A DNA stretch of 64,000 nt from Antedon mediterranea. Its lineage: Eukaryota; Animalia; Echinodermata. Where the stretch lies: NCBI RefSeq assembly GCF_964355755.1, contig NC_092679.1:20443432-20507431 (forward strand). Direction: 5' to 3'. Below, one piece after another: positions 36,600 through 51,500 of this stretch. Within the stretch, counting starts at the first letter, position 1. Each line of letters opens with the position of its first letter. The translations under genes and the position numbers were made by a program. A model generated the notes under the pieces. It ran no database searches and was not told the DNA's origin. It saw only the letters and a list, made by a program, of their open reading frames with translations.

Positions 36600-39500
36600 C
36601 TACGGTTGGAATGCTACGTTACCGCTTATGGAAGAAGCAGAGGTAACAATGTCAACACTCGGGTTGGAATAATCGTGAACTGTGCCTAACACGTCGAGGT
36701 CATTCAAATCTTGTTTTTTAGATACTTTGAAAAGATCAACATCCAATGAGATCGACCTGAAAGAAAAAAAATTGAAACCTGTGGCCTTATTGTATCACAT
36801 TTAAGTGAAAATTAAATCAGTTTTACCACAGTCCATAGAGATATTATAATGAATATTATTATATTTAATAGTAATATCTCTTTGCACAGTCACAGTAAGA
36901 CTTCTAAGATGTGAAAGAAAAAAGCATAGCTGAATAGGTTCCACTTAGTAAAAGCATTCACACCAAATGTTTTGGATACGTAAAATTATCTGGGCAAGTT
37001 TAATTGGGCAAGCAGAACTCGGAAAGTTACAGTAGCATGCAGATTGGTCTTCTAGTCGGGTAACTAGATCCTTGCAAGTTTTTAGCAATCTTGTTAAACT
37101 CTGTCTACACTATCAAACTAGTTTGACAAAAAACGTGTGATGTGGGCAAATATGGTAGTGATATGCCCAAATATGGTAGTGATATGCCAAAAGATGGCAG
37201 TGATATGACAGCATCATGTCCATATATGGGCACTTCACAATTTTTTGTCACATAAAGTTTGATAGTGGAGACAGAGTTTAATACCTACAAATTACATTAA
37301 CTAAAATGTAAAATCTGGCCACAGAACTAAGATTTATTGAATTTTCTGTCATAAAGAATCTTTTTACATACCGTCGACATCGGCAAAGCTGTTTCTTACG
37401 TATTATAAAGACAATGATAGTAACAATGATGACAGCTGTAACTCCCGACACAGCCACGGCAACAATGAAACCAGCATTCATACCTGTCACAAATAAAACA
37501 TACATTTAAATCAATATGTATAGAACTAGGAAGTCCTTTGTTGTAAATAGCATTCATATGTATAATTGAAATGTTCGACGATAACTCTATACTGTTTTAA
37601 CAGTATTTTTAACATTGGCCTAGCATTTGTGCAATTTGATGTATTTTTCTTGTCTTAATTATGCCAAGAAAAATGAATTTCCATTTTAAGTGGACCAATA
37701 CAATTTCTTGCATGTTGAATTTTATAAAACAATAATTTAAAGCCTTGTCTCCACTATCAAACTTTATGTGTTAAAAAAAAATGTGATGTGCCCATATATG
37801 GACATAATGATGTCATATCACTACCATATTTAAGCATATCAGACTTTTTTTGTCAAACTAGTTTGACTTTGATAGTGTAGACAGAGCTTTACAATTATGC
37901 TGCATTTTACACAAAAAATATTGCAATTAGTGGCACTGTGGTATGGTGATTGAAATGCTTGCTTGCGTATCTCAGGGTCCTAGGTGCCAATCTGGGTTTT
38001 TTGACAGCCAATATACAGCACACTACCTAAGCCTCTTACAACACTTCGTTTAGAAAGCATGGGTTTTTCCCATCCTGTAATTGGCAATGTTTGGATGGTG
38101 GAGAAAAATGGAGATTTTTCCGAAAAAAGTATGGCAAAAAAAAAATTTGTTGAAAATAAATCAAGGATTACCAGATTCACTTTGTTGTTTACTTGGCAAT
38201 GATGTCTCGTCATCTGGGACGCATCCTGCGATGCAACTCGTATCAACGCTGAAGTTCATTGAAGCTACGATGACGGACGGCGTGTCTTTAATATAATCCT
38301 GGTAACTTGTGAACAGTTTGTCGGCCTGAGTCTGGTTGAGCGCCGACATGTCTGTTTGAAATACTACACTTCCTTTTAAGATTTTACTTCCTATAAAAGA
38401 AAGATAATGCGCTGCACATTATTACCCCGGTCATTTTATAGACCAAACTTGTATAGAAATCCCGTCTCCATGTATGGAAACATATTCCCATAATAAGATA
38501 GTAATCAGCGCAAAGTTGTGTCTTGATCTAACTGGTACCCACATTCTGGGTGGAGAGAAGAAAAGTGTCTTGTCTAAGGATACAAGCAAGAGTTGGATTC
38601 GAACTACGATCTCACGATCAGTAATCCAAGCGTCACACACCCTCACCTCTATGGTATACGTTCTATATGTATATATCTTTTTTTATTATTTTTTTAGACA
38701 AAACTTTATGGTAAAACAAATCATATTTAAAAAGTTGTGATACACTTGAAGAGAAAACAATGAGTCATAAAATATTGATTAGAAAAAAATATTGAAAATT
38801 TAATAATTGACAAATCTGAATAATAGAGGACTCCCGCAAGGACTTAACGCAACGCAAGTGAATTGACCAATCACAAGCGATGGCTTATTCGCTTGTGATT
38901 GCTAACTGTCTATAACTTTGCTTGTCATTGGTTAAAACGCTTGCGTTGCGTTTACGTCCTTGTGTTACGTTCTAGTGGGAACCAAGCTTAATAGGGTGTT
39001 GCAGTAGGTCTAATTTTAGGTTGGTGTCAAATCTAACCGTGCCAAAAGGTGAGGATTTGAACACAGGCCTTGGCAGTCAACCACCAAGAAACCACTACCT
39101 TTTTCTGTACATCTTGGCCAGTGTGTGTATGTGTGATAAGACTTATGTGTGAGATAGGCTTGACCGGGTTAGGAGCTAAACCACTACAGTATGTTTACTG
39201 CACAATCTTCACCAGTGTGTTTGTGATAAGACTTACGTGTGAGATATGCTGGACTAAATCCACATTGGCATCTACTCTCAATGCCTTTGACAACAGCAGC
39301 TTGCAGGGCAGACAACAAAAAGTCATCTCCTTTCCACTTCTCATACTCGGCACTGAACAGCCTCATCTGGATGGTCTTAAGGAATGACTTATCTGGACAA
39401 ATGTTTTCTGCTCTAGGTGTCATGGCAGACATCATGAAGGAGTTGGTGGACTTTGTCTGGCAGCAAGCACATCGGCTGATTGATACCTGATATGGCAGGA

Positions 39501-42500
39501 GCCTAGAATAAAAATTTAAAGAGGTTTTTTAATGAATTTTAACAATAAGATGAAATGAAGAAACCTTCATGCATAGACAGAATAACAATTAACAATTACT
39601 TACTGAATTTTAAACAATAAGACAAAATGAACAAACATTCATTCAAAATAAAAAAGACAGAATAAAAATTAACCATTTCTTACTGATTATTCTCATAGAA
39701 AATTCCTTGATTTGACGTAAGCTCCTGAACAACATTAGAAGTTACATCAGGTGATGATGTATTATAAGTGGTGTATATTAGAGCATCTTGTAGATTCTCT
39801 GTGGTAACTATTCCACCAATAGGGAACTGTTCCTCTGTCCCAATATACAGTGCCACGGCAGACACCTCACTGTGTATCAACTCCTCAGCCTCGGATGCAA
39901 TGACAAAATCTGGCTTCATACTTTGTTCACCTATTACGAAATATCCGTCCTTTCCTATCATGTTTTTACCAAGACTCGTCCGATAGTATATTCGTGTACC
40001 CATCCTGAAGATTTCGTAAAACACTATTACAAAGCTTTCTAAATAATGGTTGGGGTCTCCTTTTAGCTCGACAAACTGCGGACCTTTGTCTGCTGAACTG
40101 CTTGGGTTGATCTCGTTTATAATAATCTTTGATTGTCGTGGTTTGGTAGCTTGGTTGCTAGATCGACCATTACAACTATTAGGTTGTTTAGGAGTTGGTT
40201 TACCTAATCCAAACGCTACGCTACTCTGTATGTCTTGATTAAAACATCGACTCATGCTTTCATCCCCCTCCATGAAAGTGGGATCTTCCATGACCTCAGC
40301 TTGACCTGGAAGCAGAGTGATCAAAAGTGGTAAGTTTATTTCTTCATTTGTTGAGTAGACTAACACATCTTCAAGATGCGTTCTTGTGGGGAAAATAGAG
40401 CTAAAATTACGATGGTCTCCTCTATAGAGGGCAACTGCACCTGGTCCATTCTGTAAAAAGCCTACGTTTCCAGTGTCTATGTCCACATTTTCTAAGCCAG
40501 AACCAATCAAAAAGTATCCATTACTGAAAAAAAGTTAAAAAAAAACATTATTTTACAGCCAATAAAAAAAATATATTGTACTACTTTAAGATGTAGAATG
40601 TGTTAATATAACTTGACAAATAAAAATGATAATTTATGATTATAATGATAATAGTGGGATATAGCAGAACCTCTATTAAGGTGAGACCTTCAGGACCCAA
40701 CAAAGTGTCCCCTTAATAGAGGCTGAAGTGTTAAAATATGAATTTTCCCTTGTTTATTTCACCAAAAAACGTCCAATTAGGGATTTTAATGATAATTTTT
40801 ATACCTGTCTGTTCTGTAATTTTGAAGTGGTATAGTATTAACACTTTGACTGGAACCACCACCAAATATCACAACTACTAGTGAATCCAACGATGCGTAC
40901 CCACGTCCGCCATCGTACAGCTCGATAAAATCTGCATTATCGTTACCCGGTTCATCTGTATTAACCTCATTTATCAAGATTTTCGTTAACGTACAATTGT
41001 TAAACGCTCCTGGAGTCGGTTGCGAGTTTAAGAAAGCTGAAAACATGATGGGAAGGTTACTCAGACATCGTGACATCGATTCTTCTCCAGCGTTGTGTTT
41101 ATCGTTCTCGTTTACAATGATCTGACCCGGAGCTATCATATCCAACAAAGTCCTATCGTTCAAATCGTTTGTGCCGTAAATCAACGCATCAACGATATTT
41201 TCCTTGGAGATTGGTGACCCACGAGGGAACTGTTGAGCCGTTCCGTGGTACAGTACAACTGCGTCTGGTCCGTTTTGAACAAAGTGTGTCGACACTACCA
41301 TATTTGGTACGGGTACAATGTTTGCGCTTCCGATTACAAAGTAGCCATTACGATTAGTTCTGAAATAAAGATATTTCATAAAATAACATAATTGTAATGA
41401 AAGTAACAACTGTACATTACAATGGAATACCTCACAAGTCTTATAAAAAAACTTTTAAATAATATTATTAATAGTAAAATTTCATATAAAGTCAGTGCAT
41501 TCTTATGCTAAGTAACTTATTTCTTTATCTCTGTGGCCAAAAGGTTAAATAAAGTGTTAATTTCCTACCACACATTCCTGCATTGATTTATACCTCTTTG
41601 AATAAAGTTACATGGGGGGGGGGGGGGGGGGACACCTTCTGGATCCAACAAAGTGTCCACTGAACTGCTGTAGTGTTAAAACGTTTCCCCTCATTCATTT
41701 TACAAGTGTCCCCTTAATAGGGGAAACTCTCCTGGGTATTAACACCCCTATTAAGGGGACACCTTCAGGATAGAACATAATTTTCTTGCTCCCTAAATAG
41801 GGGTTTACAGAAAAGTGTCCATTAATATAGGTGTCTTAAAAACGGAGTTCTACAGTATGAGAAGTATTGCATAATTATGCTTTCTAAACTGTTATGAGAC
41901 TTGGTTAATCTTCTATGACAGAGGCAGGATTTGAATCAACGACCACAGTATTCAAAGCATGCTAAAGGACTTACTTTTGTCCTGTAAGATCCACTTCAAA
42001 GTAAGACCTGTCGTCATTGGTGCCATCAAAGAACACCAGCATCAGACCATCCAGTTTGGTCCTGCCTACTCCAAAGTCGTACAACTCGATGTATTCATGC
42101 GTGTCTGATTCTGCGTTATCGACGTTCAATTCATTTATGACGATAGCTGTAAAATAAAGTTATTAATCATGTTAAATAGAAATGTTTGTGGTAGAGGCCC
42201 AATAGATGAATGACTGGCTTCTCACCATTGGATTTTGGTCACAATAAGGTAAACTTTGTGTGTCCTTGAGTTTTTGTTGCCTTGTTCTTTGGATGGGATA
42301 TTAAATGTTGTTGGTTGTGTGTGTATTATGTACATATACAGTCAACTCTCCCAATACCGGACACCTTTGGGCTGGCTAAATATCTCTGGTTTTCTGGAAA
42401 GTCTGGTATTCAGTTGTTTATGTTAAAAATGAATTTGGGACCTTTTGGACTGAAAGTTTCCGGATTTGAGAGTTCGGTATTGGGAGAGTTGAATATATAA

Positions 42501-45500
42501 TATTAAAAACTGTTGTGTTGTTCTGGGCCTATAAGTTATACTCCTTCACAAGCATATTAATTCATATTTTATTAGTAATTTTATTGTTTTTCTGACCTGG
42601 ATAAATATCTGTGTTTGCCTTGCATTTGTTGTCTCTGTTCGGGGACGGCTTCGAAGTCACAAACGCATTCTGGTGACGTTTATCTTTTCCATAGCAACGA
42701 CTTACTGTCTTGTTGTTTGCTTCGTTAAGTAGAATAATAGACTGACCTTAATTAGATTAGGTGAAAGTAATAAAATATGTTAAAAGCTTTTAAGCAATTA
42801 AATAATTAATTCATTAAAAATAATTAATAAAACATTAATTCAATATTATGAATAGGTAATAATAGTTAATCATTCAGTCTGTAAATCAGCCTTGTACATG
42901 ACCAAATATGAAAACTACAAAGAGAGAGTCCAGAGGCGAAGGTACGACATTGTGAATAGCAAATTGCAATGCATCAAAGTAGGTACGTCTGAGCCAGAGA
43001 TTTGGCACTTATCTGGTTGTGAAAAACAGACTTTAATTAATTCATGGTCTGGTTAACAACATTCTTGTCTAAACAAAATTAGTGTGTGAAAGAATGTGAA
43101 AAGATATTAGTCAAGTACTTGGGCTTTAATCTAACCCCTAGCCATCAGTGCAAGCTCAGTGGTGTAGAGATATGAGCACCCGGCTAGTGATCTGGAGGTT
43201 GTGGGTTCGAGTCCCACCAAAGAATTACTTGCCAATTTATACTTAGTATATAAAGTACAAAAATGACACAAAGCTACTCCACAGTAGTTAAAGATGTATT
43301 GAAAGATTGAACATGAAAAATGAATATTAATAAAATCAGATTTTGAATTGGCCATTTTGTAGTTTAACAAAGTTAATCCCATCTGTAGAAAAAAAAAACC
43401 CTGAAAAAATAATGTTTTCACTTATAAATGATTAAATTCAACCAAAAACCCATTGGCTGGCAGCCAATTTGACTATCTTTTACTTTAAATTACAGTTTTT
43501 CAGATAAATTCTTTTTTTTTAAATCAAATTTTTGGTACAAATGAATAAATATTATGGGACATTTAAATGACATATTCAACAAAAAAATTAAATTTTTTCA
43601 GGGAGACAATATATCTTTAAATACAATTATCCTAAAGAGATATTGGCATTGTATTCCTTATGTTTCTATCCTAGCCCTTAGAGAGGCGCACAAACATACC
43701 TGGCACAAGCTCGTCCACAAGTGTACTAGGATCATCTTCCCAAAAGGTGTACACCACTGTGTCTATCAAACTGGTAGTAGTAAGGGTCTGACCATGAAGG
43801 AAGGCACCAGAGGGCGCTCTGTAGATAGTCACTGCAGCTGGACCCATTTGAAGGAAACCGCCCTCACCGGAATCAATGAAATAATCTTTGGATAAACGGA
43901 AAAAAATAGTATGATTGTATTTGCAATAAAATAAATTAATTTATTGAAAAAAAGCTATATATTCATAATTAATATCATTACAGTATCATGGATATTTAGG
44001 GGACATTTTCCCATGAAAGGAACAAGGAGTATTTGTTTTAACACAGGCAACCTCTATTCAAGGGACACCTAAATGTTAATCCAGAAATATGGGTTTTATT
44101 GTAGTTGATTAAATGCATACAGTACAATCAGGGGACAACAACTAATATTAAGAAGAGTAGTATATGTTTGAACACAGGCAACCTCTATTCAAGAGACAAT
44201 TAATTGTTAATCCAGAATTTCGGTTTTAGTTGATTACATGCATAGTAATAGGAATAATATATTGCCTCTTACCTGCAATACTTTTATCATTACTTAACAA
44301 AAAGTACCCATCATCATTTGTGCTATACCCTGCAAGGTCATATGCACTATAAACTCTATTCTGGTCATTGCCACTGTACAACACAACAGATGTACCAGTT
44401 AAGTCCATGTACTCCCCATTTGAACTCCTGAGTTCAATGTAGTCAATGCCTGGCTGCTGGTACCAGAAACTTCCCGGGACTACTTTAATCTCGTTGATGA
44501 GGATATCGTCTGTTTGTATGGGACAAGCGTTTAGGGACTCTGGAGACGGATCTGAGACCACAAACGGCGTTGGAGAGTTTAGTTTAAGAGAAAAACATCT
44601 GCTTAGAGACTGCCCTGAGCTTTGCAGAATAGATGATGGAATCTGCAGAATTAAAAAAAAAATTAAAAATTACTATTTGCATATCATATTTAAATAAAAA
44701 AATTCATATTAAGAAAAAAAGTTTGGTACAGTCCAAGGGTGTCAAGGTTCAGGGTCACACATTATGAGCAAAAAAAAAAATGTCTTTTTTAAGTCAATGA
44801 ATTTGCTTAAGTCATTTTTCAAAATACTTGTACATATGACAAAGTCACTTGTTTAAAAAAACTTTCTTGATAAATAAAAGTTTTTCATTTGTAAAAAACT
44901 TATACTAAATGTAAAGATTAAAAAATGCCCAACATTTTAGTGAATTGTGTGAATATATAATTGCAGTTACAAGCCTCCTTGGACACCTCTATTCAGGGGA
45001 CACCTCTAAGGAAACTAATTTTCTGTGAAATAAGCATACGTTTTAACACTGCTGACAAACCCTATTCAGGGGACCTATTAAGGGGACACCATGTTTGGTC
45101 CGGTAGCTGTCCCCTTAATAAGGGTTCAACTCTAAATAAGCCATTGATGTATGTTATTTTAATTAATTAATTTTTTAATTAATAACTTACAGGGGGTAGT
45201 ACAGAATATAAGTCACTGGTCCATCCTGTCAATGGGATCACATAGTCATTGTATACAACAGAGTCTATCAAACCTTCCGTTCTCGTACGTCCCTCATCGG
45301 CGAAGATTTCAAATGCCGCTTTATAGATGGTCACTGCTCCACTCGACGTTCTTATAAAACCTACGATATTAATAACATATTAAAAATATTTTTTTTTTTG
45401 GTTTACCAATAACGCAAATTTATACAATAGTATAAATATGGATCTTGCTTTATTTTAAATTTACCTGGAGCTAAAACTAAAGCTGGATACGGTTCAGTGC

Positions 45501-48500
45501 TTCGTACGCCTACCACTAAGTAACCCTCACTGTCCGTTGAGTAGCCAGCTAAATCTATCGTGAAGTACGAGTGGCCAGATTCACTGAACAAAACAATGAG
45601 AAATCCATCTGTAAAGAGTATTGTGTTATGAAATTACTTTAAATATGGCAACTAATCTCAGTAGTCAATTCAAAACACAAACACTTGACCAGGATATAAG
45701 AAATTATACGAGTTTTGAGTACTTTTTTGTGAGAATCTTATATTGTTTAATAAACTCTTGGATTAAATACTGTCAAGTGTCAAATTCTCTTATAATCAAA
45801 TTCCAAATTCTGTTATTATGTTCTCTACCAATAAAAGTAAATGTTTTTTCAAGTTTAGTTATGGCCCTAATCATTTTTCTTATGAAATACCACTTTAATT
45901 AAATCAATTTGTTGTACAGTTTTGGAATAAAAATATATCTATTTATCTAAATATAAATACATACACAGTAGGACTATTTTATAGGCAAATTTAACAGAAA
46001 AAAAAGTAAAAAATAATAAATAATTGTTTTAAAATGGATGGGAGTACTTATGTGTTCACCATAGGCAATTTTCAAACCCTCTCAGAATAAAAAGTATGCT
46101 TTGTCTACATTATCAAACTAGTTTGACAAAAAAGTGTTATGTGCCCAAATATGGTAGTGATATGACATCTTGTCCATATATGGACACATCACATTTTTTT
46201 GTCATATAAAGTTTGATAGTGTAGACAGTGCTTAAAGTGTTTTTTCTTCTCTGTTATTTATTTTGTCTATCTCTTACCAAGAGTTGTAGATCCAAATCCT
46301 AAATCCCAAATTTCAATGAACTGATCAGCGGCAACCATATTGATTTCGTTAATAACCAAAGTAATGTTGTGTCTTGGCGGACAGTGATTCAGCATCTTCG
46401 GGCTCAGTGTCCGCATTATATAAATTGTCTCGTTTGCGTACTCGCATCTGTTTATAGACTCGTCGGATGTACTTTGATCCCATGTTTCCGTTACTACGTG
46501 GCTAACCGACGACGAAAAACTAATACTTAACGGCGGGGACCAAGGATGAGGGCCATCTATCTGTTTCTTGAAAATAATCGCATCCACCAATCCCTCGGAC
46601 GGTGGAGTTTCTTGGAAATGTTCTGAAAATGAGGTACTGTGGAAAAGAGCAATAGCGCCCTCTGAGTTACTCAACTGTGAGAGACCAACGAAAAGGATAA
46701 CGTCAAATGGTAAAGGAGAGCTGTATTGGGCCAGTATCAAGAGGCCATCTTTGTTAGTGCGCCTTCCTTTGATCATAGAAATTTTATTGAGCTTATTGTC
46801 CCCTACATATTCAACCTAAAAAAGAAAATATATATTTAAATCAATCTCAGTTTTGGAATAAAAAATATGTCTATATTTATCAAAATATAAATGCATGCGC
46901 AGTAGGCCTATGTTTGAGGCAAATATATCAATAATCGCAAGTCAAAGTTAGTAAGGCCACATACAATAGAAAAATGGATTTTTATTTTAATATGGATTGT
47001 TATTTTAATATCAAATCAATCTAATTATGGATTGTTATTTTAATATGGACTAAGATTTTAATATGGATTGAAATTTTAATATGGATTGTTATTTTATTAT
47101 GGATTGTTATTTTAATATGGATTGATATTTTAATATGGATTGATATTTTAATATCAAATCAATCTTTTAATATGGACTGATATTTTAATATAAAATCAAT
47201 CTTTTAATATGGATTGACATTTTAATATGGATTGAAATTTTAATATGGATTGACATATTAATATGAATTGACATTTTAATATGGATTGACATTTTAATAT
47301 CAAATCAATCTTTTAATATGGATTATTATTTTAATATCACATCAATCTTTTAATATGGATTGATATTTATATGGATTGACATTTTAATATGGATTGACAT
47401 TTTAATACGGATTGATATTTTAATACGGATTGATATTTTAATATGGATTGAAATTTTAATATGGATTGACATTTTAATATGGGTTGACATTTTAATACGG
47501 ATTGATATTTCAATATGGATTTATAAACTTGATTGAAACAGATTTATTTCCTCAACAAATTAAACTTAATTTTCTTGGTGGTCCCTAGTTCTATTAATAG
47601 AACACTTTCATTAAACAATTTCTAAAACTCACCAGAATAAGATCATCAAGAGGGAAGTTTGGTTTTCCTGGCGTTATCAGCTCAACAAAAACGCCAGTGT
47701 GACCCTCTGCATGGACGTTGACTTCATTAATGAACACCGGTGGTGGGGGGCATTTATTTGGTTGTCCTGGGGAGGGGTAACCAAGATCAAAAGAGTACTG
47801 CTCAAGTGGAAGCTTTGAGTGGCATCGAATGATAGATTCATCTCCTATAGAAAAGTCAAAAGAAAATAAAATGGAAAAATCTTTTTAGAATTAAGATTAT
47901 GATTCTCCTCTGATAAGAGGTTGAATTATGTACAGTCTGTGTCTTATCTTGGTCATCTTCAATACTATGCAAGACGATAAGGACAGGGGCAGTATAGATC
48001 AAATATCACTTGTTGACAATTTTCTTTGTTGTTTCTTTGTCCATTTAATATTTTTGTTAATACTGTTTTAATACTGTACATGGTGTAATTACAAATGTAA
48101 ACCTGTTCATATACAAGCATGTTTCAATAATTCACTGAGCGTAGGCAGAAACTGCCCAGCCCCCCGCCCCCTACACCCAATTTAAAAATCCTGGATTTGC
48201 CACTGTATGTTGTTATAGTGGTACATTTGTTTCTGCAGGACACTTTTCATTTTTTTTTTTTATTCAATTTTAGGCAAATTGCCAAGGATAACCACAAGTG
48301 AACTCAATCACTGTCCTTCTCTCAAAGGTGGCTCTCCTGTTCACACGACAAACATAAACACAATTTTTTTAATTAATGAGGAAAAGTGTATACAGTCTTT
48401 GGAGTATTACTATATTTTAATCTATGTAGTATGGAACAGTCTGAAATTAAAATATTACAAATAACACAATAGGTTCAAGCAAATGTAAATTAGGATATTG

Positions 48501-51500
48501 TAACAGAGGTTTGGGGAAAAATAAAAACTTAATATATTCTTTACCTCTGTGATGTCTGGTATCTTCCTTAATTTGTATTTGACCCGGAACTAGAAGTCGC
48601 AGTAGCCGTCTATCAACTCGTTGCCGTGTACCATAAACTATCGCATCTATGATATTCGCAGTGGTAGCCTGATCACGGAGCGCGATACTTGAATTCTAAA
48701 AATATATGCATAAATATAATAATAATATATATAATATAATTTAGTAGTACAGTACCAACTCATTGTTTTGAGTATGTGTACTGGGTGTGTATTTTCTTAC
48801 CTTGTATAGACCTACAGCATCTGGGCCATTCTGCAACCATGCCCTATCAGTGACCACAATCTGCGGTTGAGATCCGTTTACTGGTGCACCAATAAGAAAA
48901 AAGCCTTTGGAGTCCGTTCGATAACCAGTTAAATCAAACACCTTATACGCTCTGAAAATAATGAGACATATTTCATTTTTTGTTTACTTTTGCAGGGTAT
49001 TACTATTATTTATAAATTACTTTTGTATTTTTACAGAGGTTGCGGACACTAAAATGTTATGGCGAACCCACTGGCCAATTGTTGTCTAATTAAATGAGAC
49101 ATTTGCATTATTGACATAATTGATCTTTGTATGTTTTAGACATTAATTATTAAATGTTTTATCATATAAATTAACTATTTACCTCTTTCTGTCATTTCCA
49201 TTAAACAACACCACTTTCAGGCTATCTAAACTAGTATTCGCAAGACCAAGTAGTTCGATGAACTCTTCGTTATCGTGTCCTGGTTGATTCACATTAATCT
49301 CATTAATTCGGATGCGGTCCTGATAATGTGGCGTAGTCTCCGACATTGTCTGGCCATTCCTCCTACAGTTGTCGTTCAACTGCCATTTGCTGACAGGACC
49401 GTGTCCGAACATCGAATTACTTATACGCTCCGACACATCACACCTAAGTATGCTTTCCGGCTCTGGCGGAACCGTTACCTGATCCTGTCCAGGAGTAAGT
49501 TCTTCTATCAGTTCTACATTCACTTCTTCACCGTATACAACAGCGTCAATCCTATTATTAATGTTAGATTGTGTTGAAAGTCTAAAATCTGGAGGGCATA
49601 ACACTAGACTAACACCTTGTGGAGGGTTCAAGAAGTCATCTCGAAAAAATCGGAAAAATTGAGTTATGTTGCTCCCGACCGAAGACAAAACAAAATATCC
49701 ATTTCTGTCGGTTGTCGCGCCAGTAAGATCAAAACCATTATTAATATAACCAGGTCGGTACAAAAGTAAATTGATCCCGTCCAATGATTGATAACCGACT
49801 CCGCCATCATAAATTTCTACAAATGGATGCGAATCCGCTGTTTGGTATATATTTATTTCGTTTATATACAGCTCTGGTATTTGGCAATTATTCTCCAATC
49901 CTGGAGACAAGCTCATTGTTTTAAATGATCGCAACATGACTGGTTTCCATCCTCGACATCTACCAAGAGAAACATCTCCACCCGTGCCCGATGGTGCGCG
50001 TAACGGAGTTTGTCCAGGTATCAGTGTCTGCTGCATGTTATTGTTCACGTTCCGAGACCTGCCATAGACAACAGCATCTACCAGATTACATATCGTGACC
50101 TCGGACTTTGCGATCAAGACATTTGTGTCTTCATAATAAAGTGCGACGCCATTGATACCCGATTGTAAAAATCTAAACCCGTCAATGACAATATCCGGAG
50201 AGAATGTATCACTTGCATGGCCTATCACTAGATACCCGTTAGTTGGTTTATAATCTTCTAAATGGATAGTTCTATATAACGAACCTGAATTGCGTGTGAA
50301 TATTGCAAGGATATAGTTTTCTAGGTCATTCTGCGTAAAAATTATCTCAATGTATTGTGGGCCATCTGTCCATATATGGAGTTCATTAATAAACGCACCG
50401 CCTAGTTTTTGTTTTTGTTCACATGTATTATTTGGTGGGGTAGGTGCTGGAGTAGGAGTAGCCTCTGGTAAAGTACAATTATTTGGCCCACCGGGCGTGG
50501 CTGGGGTAAGTTTAAACGGACTTGACTTTCTTACGTCCATCCCTCGGCATCGGCTTACCGATTCATCAAAATCGTAAAAGTCGCGGTCTTCATGTATAGT
50601 GCCCTCGCCAGGTGTTAAGACAGTTGATAACGATACCACTCGACCGCCACGTCTATCGTAAACAACGGCATCCACCAGCAGGTCAAGATTACTCGTAGAG
50701 CGCATACCGGTACTGATCGCATTCGGATCTCCATAATAAAGTGCTACGCCATCTGGACCACTTTGGAGAAAATTAGCATTAGAATTATTTGGTACAATAT
50801 AATTTGGCGATGGGCGAATGCGGTGAGAGCCCATCAAAAAATAGCCACGGGCATCGACTGTGTACCCTGTTAAATAAAACAAACGATACAACCTATTATT
50901 ACGACCATTGAACAATGCAACTGTATAATTATCTAGGTTCACTTGAATGTTACCATTATTATACAATTCGATAAACTCCATATAATCACTTCCAGGATTA
51001 TCCGCATTTATTTCAGAGATACGCATCGGTGAGGTTGTTGTGATAGGTGCGATTGTTGGTGCGCCATTCTGAAGCGTACTGCTGTTACACGGATTCGGCT
51101 GTCCTGGTGTCAGCAGCATTATCGCAAAATGTGACGAATTCCGTACATCTGACCAATCACACCTGCTTATAGACTCATCATCTACTGGCGAAGCAAAAGC
51201 GTTTTCATGAACAGCAGTCTGCCCTGGCATGAGAACGTCAAGTAAAGTATGCGAACCTACAAAACCGCCGTCATCATATACAACCGCATCGATAAGCGAA
51301 TCATTCGTTACACGCATTCCTCGGTATAAATTCACCGACGATGAATTGTATAATGCGACCGCGTCAAGACCGTTTTGGATGATATTACGTGAAATTATCA
51401 AGTCCGGTACGGGTCGAACGTTTGCTGATCCCATCACAAAGAACTCCCCAGGGTTGAGCATTCCGCTAAGCGGTTTCACTCTATATGCTCGATTATTGTT

